Positions 20,251 to 28,241 of a stretch of 53,865 bases of DNA are shown in pieces (the first letter of the stretch is position 1; the number at the start of each line of letters is the position of its first letter). Position numbers and translations under genes: made by a program. Source of the stretch: a virus (taxonomy: Duplodnaviria; Caudoviricetes); the IMG/VR virus record IMGVR_UViG_3300011339_000645, positions 1 through 53,865 of that record. One strand, written 5' to 3'. The notes under the pieces were generated by a model. It was given only the letters and a program-made list of their open reading frames with translations. It did not search any database and was not told where the DNA came from.

Positions 20251-20424
20251 CTAGCTACCACCGCCCCATGCCCTCCAGACATGATACAATTGGTAGTCGG
20301 TTGAAAGATTGATAAAGCATTCTCTGGATGGAAGAACATATCCAGATGTTTCCGACAATGCTTGAGCTATGTAATACAACTGGTAGTCAGTTGTTGCGCT
20401 CATAAAGCATTCTTTAGTCGGCAT
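20251..20424 (-). CDS. Small two-repeat protein (57 aa)
   Basis: Hand-translated MPTKECFMSATTDYQLYYIAQALSETSGYVLPSRECFINLSTDYQLYHVWRAWGGGS*. Confidence 0.75.
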   Translation of the reverse strand: MPTKECFMSATTDYQLYYIAQALSETSGYVLPSRECFINLSTDYQLYHVWRAWGGGS

Positions 20425-20439
20425 AGAAATCCAGTTGTA

Positions 20440-20471
20440 TGGAGCGCAGAGGGATTGAACCTATACGCCCC
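20440..20471 (-). ncRNA. tRNA-Ala-like minihelix (acceptor stem plus T arm only)
   Basis: GGGGCGT-ATAGG-TTCAATC-CCTCT-GCGCTCC-A: 7-bp acceptor stem with G3.U70, T-loop TTCAATC and discriminator A; no D or anticodon arm and no encoded CCA. Confidence 0.45.
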
Positions 20472-20490
20472 AAGATTATCGTTAACGATA

Positions 20491-21102
20491 TTAGTAGTAG
20501 ATACCAGTAACGAAGGCGTTCACTTTAAGTGCGCCAACTCGTCCAGCGGTATCAGCACCAGAAACCACATCAGCACCAACATTCTCGTAGGTGAAGGTGG
20601 TCGAATTCACAACAGTCACGCAAGCGTCAACAGCATCGAAGCTGGTATCAGTCATCAAAGCGATGGTGATAGAGTCGCCAGTAGTGAAGCCATGAGCAGC
20701 ACCAGTCACGATGGTTGCGACACCATTCGTGCGAGCGCGTGTAGCCGTAGCTTGACCAAGACCAACAACAACCTTCTCAAGGGTGAGAGTGTCGGTTCCG
20801 CTGACAACTGGAACAGGGTTGGCAACAAGCGCGAGGTAATTCGCACCGCCAACATTGTCTAGCGCATCGGTGATGGTGAGGGTTGAGGTGATAGCATTGG
20901 TTCCATCGGTGGCACGAACTTGAGGATCGGTTGCCGTGGTTCCTTTGGCGTATGCAGTTTCGAGGATAACACTCTGGACGAGGAAACGGGTGTCCTGATC
21001 GTTGAGACGAACGAGGACAGCGTTACCAGTTTCCAAGAGGTTGATGGTTTGTGGGCCGAACATAGCGACCCGTTGTGGCACGATTGGGCGTCGATTAGAC
21101 AT
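20491..21102 (-). CDS. Head decoration / minor capsid-like protein
   Basis: 203 aa, T/A/V-rich beta protein (ATIVTGAAHGFTTGDSITI) two genes downstream of the capsid gene. Confidence 0.55.
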   Translation of the reverse strand: MSNRRPIVPQRVAMFGPQTINLLETGNAVLVRLNDQDTRFLVQSVILETAYAKGTTATDPQVRATDGTNAITSTLTITDALDNVGGANYLALVANPVPVVSGTDTLTLEKVVVGLGQATATRARTNGVATIVTGAAHGFTTGDSITIALMTDTSFDAVDACVTVVNSTTFTYENVGADVVSGADTAGRVGALKVNAFVTGIYY

Positions 21103-21122
21103 ATTATTTAATTAGTTTTTTG

Positions 21123-21392
21123 TTACAGAGGTGGTGTAAAAGCAGACGCAAGAGCCTCGTTAGTGAGGTTCATTTGGGCGTCTTCAGTTAGCTGTTCAAA
21201 GCAGTTTTGTGTTACAGGAGATTCAACTCCAGCAATCGTCGCAAGCGTGATGTAGAACTGGTAGAGTTTACCAGAGTCATTCATCGTGCTGTAGCATCCG
21301 AGTCCAACTGGATTAATTCCAGCGGCGTTCGCAAGCGTGATAACGAATTGATAGGAGCGATCTGCGTAACTGAGGTCTGTGAAGCAAGCCAT
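21123..21392 (-). CDS. Small three-repeat head-associated protein
   Basis: Three C[FY]..[LM]..D-type repeats; directly after the capsid gene. Confidence 0.65.
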   Translation of the reverse strand: MACFTDLSYADRSYQFVITLANAAGINPVGLGCYSTMNDSGKLYQFYITLATIAGVESPVTQNCFEQLTEDAQMNLTNEALASAFTPPL

Positions 21393-21407
21393 ATTGTTTT
21401 TCTTTTT

Positions 21408-21448
21408 CCCATTGAGGAGCGGGAGTTTTCCCGCCCCTCAGTTAGGGA
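21408..21448 (-). other. Strong stem-loop after the capsid gene (no U-tract on the coding strand)
   Basis: CTGAGGGGCGGG-AAAACT-CCCGCTCCTCAA followed by an A-rich leader; probably a stabiliser or partial attenuator. Confidence 0.5.
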
Positions 21449-21455
21449 TTATGGG

Positions 21456-22868
21456 TTAGGTTGTTGGAGCAACGATGTCACCTACGCCTTCGCAGGAGTA
21501 GCAATCAGGGTTCGTGCTGCAAGCGGTGTAGGTGTTCAGTTCGCAGCAGGAGCCGTAAAGGTTACGGGCTTTCGGCATACGATGCAGGAACACATGGATG
21601 AGCGTTGGGTCTTTGACCTGTGCGGCGAGGCGGAACTGGGCCTGATAGAAGCCCGATTTGCGCCAGCGGTTGCACTCCCAATCTGGGTTCTTCCATTCCC
21701 AATCGCCAGCGTAGTTCTGGGTCATTTGTTGGGCTTGGCCGTATCCAGTCGAGGAAGGCATCGTCCATTTCAACATGGCTTTGTTAACAATCGCGGCAGA
21801 GATCGCAAAGTCAGCGTTCTGGTAGTCGCGGTTAGGAACATACGAGCATCCGTTCTCTTGAGCCACTTTCACATAGCGAGGAACGCGAACGAGGCGCGGC
21901 CATGTGGAAGCATCGCCTGCGCTGAACGCAGGAAGCGTAGCGTTGAAGGCAGAATCCGCATTGAAACGGAGCGAGTTGATGTCGTAACCGAAGCCGTAGT
22001 CGCCGATGATGCGGTTCACGCCCAGCTTGAGGCTGGTAAGGCGGCTGTCGAAGTCGGTGTTAGCATCCCAGTAACCATTGTTGCGCTTGGCTTGGAAGTA
22101 AAGTCCACGGCCAACGCGAGGGTCAGGGATAACGATGTCGAGGAGAGGCATTCCAGCGGCCTCAGAGAGGTCGAGGCGGAAGGCGTCATCTTCGTTTTGG
22201 AGTTCGACGAGCGCGTCATCGAGCATATCCAACGAGAGGTAAGCGATCTTATTCAGATCAGCAGCGGCGACTTTGACACGGATGTGGCAGAGGTCGTAAC
22301 CAGATTCGTTGTTGGTGGTATGCTCAGGGATATACCAAGCGGCGTCATCGAGGAGTCCGCAGTAAACACCATCATCGTTAACGACGCCAAGCCACTTGTG
22401 GCCTGCACCGCCGATGTAGTTGGCGCGGAGGAATTCCTCATGGACATTCTTGGTGATGCGAGCGTTCGACTCCTCGAACTGAAGGATTTCTTCAGCGGGG
22501 AAGAGGCGATAGAGCAAGCTCTCAACGCAAATCCAGTCCGTGGTCATCTCTTTGCGGAGAAGCTCGAAAGTGTAGCTCTCCGTGCCGGGACGCTGAATGA
22601 CTTCGGGTTTGCTGTCGCAGGAGTCCGTGTTGCAGTAGGTGTCAACGATCTTGCGGAACGGGCTGCAAGGATCATAGAAACCACGGCCAAAGCGGAAGCC
22701 TTTTTGCTCGGTGGTGTGATTGAGGGGCCATGCTTGCTCCTCGAAACGGGTGAAGTAGGTCGAGTTAGTGACGAGTTTCTTCACATAAAGGTCGTTGAAA
22801 TATTCACGGCCTTCGCGGAAAAAGCTATCAATCTCGGCGCAACTATTGAAGTAGAGTTGTTCTGACAT
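21456..22868 (-). CDS. Major capsid protein (470 aa)
   Basis: Start MSEQLYF at 22868 behind an A-rich leader; follows portal and scaffold; own promoter; strong codon bias (long antisense shadow ORF). Positional call. Confidence 0.8.
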   Translation of the reverse strand: MSEQLYFNSCAEIDSFFREGREYFNDLYVKKLVTNSTYFTRFEEQAWPLNHTTEQKGFRFGRGFYDPCSPFRKIVDTYCNTDSCDSKPEVIQRPGTESYTFELLRKEMTTDWICVESLLYRLFPAEEILQFEESNARITKNVHEEFLRANYIGGAGHKWLGVVNDDGVYCGLLDDAAWYIPEHTTNNESGYDLCHIRVKVAAADLNKIAYLSLDMLDDALVELQNEDDAFRLDLSEAAGMPLLDIVIPDPRVGRGLYFQAKRNNGYWDANTDFDSRLTSLKLGVNRIIGDYGFGYDINSLRFNADSAFNATLPAFSAGDASTWPRLVRVPRYVKVAQENGCSYVPNRDYQNADFAISAAIVNKAMLKWTMPSSTGYGQAQQMTQNYAGDWEWKNPDWECNRWRKSGFYQAQFRLAAQVKDPTLIHVFLHRMPKARNLYGSCCELNTYTACSTNPDCYSCEGVGDIVAPTT

Positions 22869-23076
22869 TTGATTTATTTGTTTAGGTTTAGTTTGGTTTT
22901 GACTCGCTAACAATTCACAGAGGAACGCCAAGCGAGTGCTTGTTTCCTCTGCTGGAATCAACCCAGAGTGCCTTTCGGCTCAGTCCAGAATTACAGTTTG
23001 TTTGCGAGGTCTGTGACTCGCCAGTCTGGGTGCGACTGAATCCCTAACGGCTCACGCCTTCGGATATCCCATTTCG
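22869..23076 (-). ncRNA. Structured 5' leader of the capsid gene (candidate cis-regulatory RNA)
   Basis: Two GNRA hairpins, long-range ACCCAGA/TCTGGGT pairing, GCAGAGGAA/TTCCTCTGT stem and possible pseudoknots. Confidence 0.55.
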
Positions 23077-23082
23077 ATGCGA

Positions 23083-23110
23083 AAAGTAATCGGTATAGAA
23101 AACCTGTCAA
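23083..23110 (-). promoter_or_regulatory. Sigma70-like promoter for the capsid operon
   Basis: TTGACA-16 bp-TACTTT. Confidence 0.6.
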
Positions 23111-23121
23111 ATCTTTTTTTC

Positions 23122-23168
23122 ATAAAAATAAAAAGGGAGGAATGTGGCAGTATCACACTCCTCCCTTT
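23122..23168 (-). terminator. Intrinsic terminator after the scaffold gene
   Basis: AAAGGGAGGAGTGTG-ATACTGC-CACATTCCTCCC followed by TTTTTATTTTT. Confidence 0.7.
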
Positions 23169-23187
23169 CAGCTTTGTTGGATCAGGG

Positions 23188-24480
23188 CTACGCGCTCGCA
23201 AGATTACGGCCAGATGGCGAGAACCTCGCCAGCTTTGCCGCCAGTCCCTCAGTCACATTCATCCGCCGTTGCTGAGATTCTGAAGCGCGAGGAGACGAGT
23301 CCACACGCGAAGCTCCCTTGAGTTTTCCGATGTAGTCATCTTTCTCCTTCACCATTTCTTGAAGTGCTTTCACTTGAGCGTGAAGTTTCTTGTAGGCTCT
23401 ACCTTGATTGATAAGTCGGTTCATTTCATCAACGGACGCTTCATCACTTGATTGCTGGGTGGCAATGAGTGCAATAGCATCATCCTTTGATGTGTCATAT
23501 TTGATTCCCTTTTCTTTCATGTAGGCCGCGATGTCATCAGAGATAGTGGATTCTTGTTCCACTTCCTGCGCCTGCTGTTTGTAGCTATCGTGCCATGTAT
23601 TGATGAATTTATTTCGGGCTTCGCTTTCCTTACGCTTTGCTGCGTTTTGGATTTCGGTCTTTGTCTGCTGGTAATTGATGAGTGCTTCAGAGTGGCGTTC
23701 CGTGGCATCAAGGTAGTCTTTGATGTAATCAGCAAACCTTACTTGTTTGAAGGTTCCTAAACTGTTCGTGATTTCATCGAAAGCCTCGTCGCGCTCGCGC
23801 AGGGATGCAGTCCGGTCATCTTCGTTAGTATGGTGGTAGACTGCTCCGTTTGCCGCGATTGCCCTTTGAAACAATGACTGAAGAGTGCTATCGCTTCCGA
23901 TAATCTCCCGCGCCGAGTTATAGCTTTGCTTGATTGGCTCAAAGTATTGCTTCTGGAAATCAGGATTGCTCGTAAGATCATGGAAGTCCAGCTTGCCGCG
24001 AAGGTCTTGGATTTCCTTGGAGAGGTTTGACTCCAATTCCGCTTTCTCCTCGTTGGCTTTATTGAGTTGTGCTTGGTAGTGGTTAGCTTCCGTTGTAGTC
24101 GAGGAGTTCTGAACCAATGCTTCAAGCTCGGCAATTTTCTGAGTATACTTAGGAACCTCGTCCTTCTTGAACTTCTCCAACTCTTCTTTAAGTCGGCGGT
24201 TCTCCTCGATCTGCTTCTGAACAAACCCAGATTTCTTGATGTTTAAATCTTTCTTAGGCTCGTTATCGTTAACGATAACTTCAGATTCATCTTCCATTGG
24301 CTCCTCTTCAGATTGGCGCATACCAATCATTGGGTCGCCGACATTGGTTCCGCTTGGCTTGCCGTCATCGGCTTGCTGTTTGCTGAACTTGGCAAGGAAG
24401 TCCTTAGTGTTCCCTTTGATAGGAACCTCTGGCTTGCTTGTTAGGTCTTTGATGATTTCTGCTGTGGTTTGTTCGCTCAT
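23188..24480 (-). CDS. Capsid scaffolding protein
   Basis: 430 aa, charged coiled coil; lies between portal and capsid genes. Confidence 0.7.
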   Translation of the reverse strand: MSEQTTAEIIKDLTSKPEVPIKGNTKDFLAKFSKQQADDGKPSGTNVGDPMIGMRQSEEEPMEDESEVIVNDNEPKKDLNIKKSGFVQKQIEENRRLKEELEKFKKDEVPKYTQKIAELEALVQNSSTTTEANHYQAQLNKANEEKAELESNLSKEIQDLRGKLDFHDLTSNPDFQKQYFEPIKQSYNSAREIIGSDSTLQSLFQRAIAANGAVYHHTNEDDRTASLRERDEAFDEITNSLGTFKQVRFADYIKDYLDATERHSEALINYQQTKTEIQNAAKRKESEARNKFINTWHDSYKQQAQEVEQESTISDDIAAYMKEKGIKYDTSKDDAIALIATQQSSDEASVDEMNRLINQGRAYKKLHAQVKALQEMVKEKDDYIGKLKGASRVDSSPRASESQQRRMNVTEGLAAKLARFSPSGRNLASA

Positions 24481-24719
24481 AGGTCTTGTAGATCAGGGTC
24501 TGATATTGCGCTTTCTTCAACTTGGATGGTTGGTTTTTTGGTTTTCTTGAATTGGGTAGGTGTATCCTCCCCGATTGCATTTATCCTATTGAAGATGTCC
24601 CTAGCTGTATCAATGCCGCTCGATGGTTGGGCGGTCATTAGCAGGTAGGTTTGTAGAGTAGCCCAATCCTCATGGTTGGCTATGCTTGCACAGAGGCTTT
24701 TGATTTTATCGGTTTTCAT
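24477..24719 (-). CDS. Small protein between portal and scaffold
   Basis: 80 aa with ATGA overlaps on both sides. Confidence 0.65.
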   Translation of the reverse strand: MKTDKIKSLCASIANHEDWATLQTYLLMTAQPSSGIDTARDIFNRINAIGEDTPTQFKKTKKPTIQVEESAISDPDLQDL

Positions 24720-27208
24720 TGTTTAGGTTGCGTAGGAGTCTGTGGTTTCTGTTCTTCAGTTTCCATTTCGATCTCCTCCATCTCGACTTCTTCGCCGGGG
24801 GTTTCTACCTCCTCGACTTCTTCCTCTTCTTCCATCTCTGGAGCCTGTTGCATAGGCTTGGCTTTGCCCATTGTCTTTTGAATCTCGGCGCGAGCCTTGG
24901 CTTTCTGTAGCGCGAGTTGGGTGATACCCTGCTGTTTGCGCTGCTCTGTGCGTTGGGCGTGGCTGACAGATGCCTTGCCGATAGAGATGTCTGCGAGCTT
25001 CTGCTTGGTGTCGATGTCGATACCAGACTTCGCCGCGAGGTATTGGAGTTTGATGTCTTCTTCGGACATTCCTTTGCCCTCAGATTGCTGTTCGCTTTGG
25101 AGCATTTCTTGGTAGATAGCGTTGATCTCGTCGCCCATCTTGCCTGCTTGTCCCATGCCTTCCATGAATTGCTTGAGGAAGTCTTGCTTGGTTTGGTCTT
25201 TGGCGATGAACTCCACATGGGCCATAATGTGACCACCCTTGAACTGGATGGAGCGAACAACCTTGGCGAGTTCGTTGACATCCGCCGCACCTTGCTGAAT
25301 CGCTTCCATGTTTGTCTGAATCTGCATCATCATGTCTTGGAAGTGACCAGTAGCGTGTTCGATATGCGGATCGGTTGGCAAGACAGGGAAGTTCGCTGGG
25401 TTGACGAACACATCCGTCATTCCTGCGTTCTCGAAACCAATGATACGGGCAGTATCATCAATCTTGCTCATCTTAGTATTGCGATACCTAGCTACATTGT
25501 CCCTCCCCGCCAAAGCTGCGATGGCGTCTTTAACGGCATTCTCTTGTCCTTCGTTGGCTGGTGTGATCGAAGTAAGTTGAACAAGTTTCTCCGCTGTGAT
25601 GAGCTTGAAGCTAGGGCTTCCTGCTCCATTGATAAGGTTGCTTCGGATGCTTGTAATGTTCTTAAAGGCGGCAGCTTCTTTAGGAGTTCCAAGTTCCTCA
25701 AGAATTTCGTAGAATTTTTTGACATACTGGTATCCCTCATCATTGCGAGTTGAGGATACAAATCGGCGGTATAGCTCACGGAAGTATAGAGTTTCGCACT
25801 CATTGAAACGCCTGATTTGTGTTCCCGAAAGTTTTGCCGATTCCGCCGCATCTAGTTCCGCTTCACCTTTGGTGCGTTGCGCCCCTCCTGCTGTTGGTGC
25901 ATTGATACGATACTGGCCGAGGCCGCGATAAAGATCGCCCATGTAGAACTGCATGAACTGCATTCCCTCGGCGACTGGCATCTGGAACCTGTTCTGTGTG
26001 AACTTAGCCCCATCTGGCATAACGCTGATCGGCAACCATTCCATCTGCTTGAGCATCTTGGTTGAGTCTGGCGAGCCGCCATCCAATAGAAGCATTGAGT
26101 TCAGACGAACGGCATCCACAAGCCCGTTCATCGTAAAGTCATACTGGCGGCAGGCTACGAACGCCGCTTCCGCTTGGGACTTGATGTCATGGAATAATCC
26201 GCTACCCACCGAGTCGGTGAGCATATAGATAATTTCGTCCCAGTTGTCAAAAAGCCCGACATTAAGTTGGAGGAACCCGTGTTGGTCGCGGACAATTTCT
26301 TCGCTGACTTTTTCGCTGCCTTTGACATACTGGTTGATGTATTGGCTGATCGGGTTGTAGTCTTGGAGGATGACTGCTTTGGAGATTTTGCCGTCGAATT
26401 CCCTCCAGTAGATTTCGTAGAGGTCAATCTTTTGGTTGACCGAGAGTGACCAGTTGAATCCGCTTTCCGAGATTGTGCGGAAGAAGTCTTCCCTTGTTTT
26501 GTTGTGTTCTGAAAAAGCCTTGTGGAATCTAATGGCGTCCACGACTGCATCGACATTCCACCCAAGGTCTTCGGCGGCAGATCGGTTTTCGATGATCTTG
26601 TAGAGTTGATACGGGGTGAGTCGAACTCGCCGCACAAATTCTTCCAGATTCGAGAAATCAACCTTGACATCATCTGCAACCAATACGTCAGAAAGCGGAA
26701 CATATTCTGGCATCCATCCAAGAGGAGAGTGCCACATACCGATGCCTTTTCCGTAGAGCAGCATTGACTCAAGTTCTTGCTCTTTGTTGTAGAGATACCC
26801 CGGCCATTCGCGGATCGCTTTGTCGAACGCGAGCGTGATGTTTTCTGTGTGGACGAGTCTTTCTTTTTCATTGCCATATTTTGTTTCGATTGATGCACAA
26901 GCCTGACGCTCAGTTACCACGTCATAATAACTTGATTTCTGGTTATTTACGATGAACTCCATCTGCCCCCAGTTAACGTCGCATTGCCAGTTTAATTTCT
27001 TTTCAGCTATCTTGCTATAACCCGTCGGTGGAAATCTTTTATATGATTTATAAATTCTAATCCTTTTATTTTCCCTGCCGGAATTTGCTAATGCTAAATT
27101 ATTTGCAATTTGCCAAGCATGGTTTGAAGAAGAAATACGAGTTTTCGGCGGCTTGCCGTCTGCATCTAGGGATAACAAACTGAAGTTGTCATTGCCAATT
27201 GTGATCAT
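24716..27208 (-). CDS. Portal protein (P22/T7-like, long helical C-terminus)
   Basis: 830 aa; first gene of the head block; MLLYGKGIG and RTKGEAEL motifs; Q/E-rich tail. Confidence 0.75.
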   Translation of the reverse strand: MITIGNDNFSLLSLDADGKPPKTRISSSNHAWQIANNLALANSGRENKRIRIYKSYKRFPPTGYSKIAEKKLNWQCDVNWGQMEFIVNNQKSSYYDVVTERQACASIETKYGNEKERLVHTENITLAFDKAIREWPGYLYNKEQELESMLLYGKGIGMWHSPLGWMPEYVPLSDVLVADDVKVDFSNLEEFVRRVRLTPYQLYKIIENRSAAEDLGWNVDAVVDAIRFHKAFSEHNKTREDFFRTISESGFNWSLSVNQKIDLYEIYWREFDGKISKAVILQDYNPISQYINQYVKGSEKVSEEIVRDQHGFLQLNVGLFDNWDEIIYMLTDSVGSGLFHDIKSQAEAAFVACRQYDFTMNGLVDAVRLNSMLLLDGGSPDSTKMLKQMEWLPISVMPDGAKFTQNRFQMPVAEGMQFMQFYMGDLYRGLGQYRINAPTAGGAQRTKGEAELDAAESAKLSGTQIRRFNECETLYFRELYRRFVSSTRNDEGYQYVKKFYEILEELGTPKEAAAFKNITSIRSNLINGAGSPSFKLITAEKLVQLTSITPANEGQENAVKDAIAALAGRDNVARYRNTKMSKIDDTARIIGFENAGMTDVFVNPANFPVLPTDPHIEHATGHFQDMMMQIQTNMEAIQQGAADVNELAKVVRSIQFKGGHIMAHVEFIAKDQTKQDFLKQFMEGMGQAGKMGDEINAIYQEMLQSEQQSEGKGMSEEDIKLQYLAAKSGIDIDTKQKLADISIGKASVSHAQRTEQRKQQGITQLALQKAKARAEIQKTMGKAKPMQQAPEMEEEEEVEEVETPGEEVEMEEIEMETEEQKPQTPTQPKQ

Positions 27209-27221
27209 ATAAATTTATTGT

Positions 27222-27809
27222 TTAAGGTTTGGCCCAGACAAATACTTTACTTGCTTGTTTTTTCAAGTTTATTGTTGCTGGAATAACTTGAAGATTTTTA
27301 GGGTGATGCATACCGCCCCAACATAATGGTATTATATGATCAACATGAAAATCTATCCCAATTCTATTTTTCAAACGATTAGCCGATTCATAGAAGCATA
27401 AAATTATTTTTCTTTGGTTTTCTGTTAATTCTTTAGTGTCTGTTATACGCGCTCTTCTTTTAGCGCAATTCTGTCTGGATAGAATTAATGATCTCTCATG
27501 ATTTCTATAATAGTGGTTTAATGCTATTTTCCTTACCACATTCCTGTTTTTTTCCACCCATTTATATCCTACGATTTTTTTCCTATCTTTATTTTTAGAA
27601 TACCATTCTTTATTTTTAAGATTCTTTTTTTGGGGTTTTAGTTTGTATTGAATCCTATTTTTTTCTTTATTTCTTTCGGTATAGATTTGGTATTTTTCTT
27701 TTGTTATCCATGTTTGTCCATTTGTTGCAAATTTATTGTAGCACCAAAATACCATTCCATCTTCTCTGGTAAAACCTTTTTTGATTTTGTCTTGATTGGC
27801 AGTAATCAT
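27222..27809 (-). CDS. Free-standing HNH homing endonuclease 1
   Basis: HVDHIIPLCWGGMHHPKNLQVIPATIN; AT-rich. Confidence 0.85.
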   Translation of the reverse strand: MITANQDKIKKGFTREDGMVFWCYNKFATNGQTWITKEKYQIYTERNKEKNRIQYKLKPQKKNLKNKEWYSKNKDRKKIVGYKWVEKNRNVVRKIALNHYYRNHERSLILSRQNCAKRRARITDTKELTENQRKIILCFYESANRLKNRIGIDFHVDHIIPLCWGGMHHPKNLQVIPATINLKKQASKVFVWAKP

Positions 27810-27826
27810 TATCGTTAACGATAAAA

Positions 27827-28204
27827 CTATTTTTTGAAAAAGCTATTTAATGCTTGTCGGCGTTGTCTGCAACTAGAGCATCCTTTCGCTTTCTGTTCAA
27901 GTCTTGTTCCTGCTATCCTGTCAACCACTCTTGCTACTCCATGAATAGCTTGTGCAACATGATCTCCTGCTCCCATCCAGCATCTTTCTGGAGGTTGGCG
28001 TTCGCAGATTTGAGTTTCGATAACATCAGCAAGATCGACTGGCGCAGTAACGCCATTTGATCTCATGTCTTTGTTAACATTCTCGATCAGGCGGGACAAT
28101 GATTCTCCGTAAACAGTCGCTGGGAAATCTAGGTTATTACGATTGATTACATACTTGTAATACCATCCACCTACAGGAGCGCGTCTAGGTTCTTTAAGTT
28201 TCAT
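27827..28204 (-). CDS. Cys-containing hypothetical protein
   Basis: Probable start MKLKEPRR at 28204; C-terminal GDHVAQAI...KGCSSCRQRRQALN. Confidence 0.65.
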   Translation of the reverse strand: MKLKEPRRAPVGGWYYKYVINRNNLDFPATVYGESLSRLIENVNKDMRSNGVTAPVDLADVIETQICERQPPERCWMGAGDHVAQAIHGVARVVDRIAGTRLEQKAKGCSSCRQRRQALNSFFKK

Positions 28205-28241
28205 CTTGCCTTGCGCGTGAAGATGAGGTTTCATCATTCCC

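Noticed and set aside
20440-20471. tRNA fragment as an attP core
   Set aside because: No integrase is recognisable, and the element includes the 5' acceptor strand fused to the T arm rather than only a tRNA 3' end.
21207-22865. 552-aa plus-strand ORF, and the many other antisense ORFs over 1-7.2 kb and 24.7-26.9 kb
   Set aside because: Shadow frames opposite strongly codon-biased genes, with no recognisable motifs or start context.
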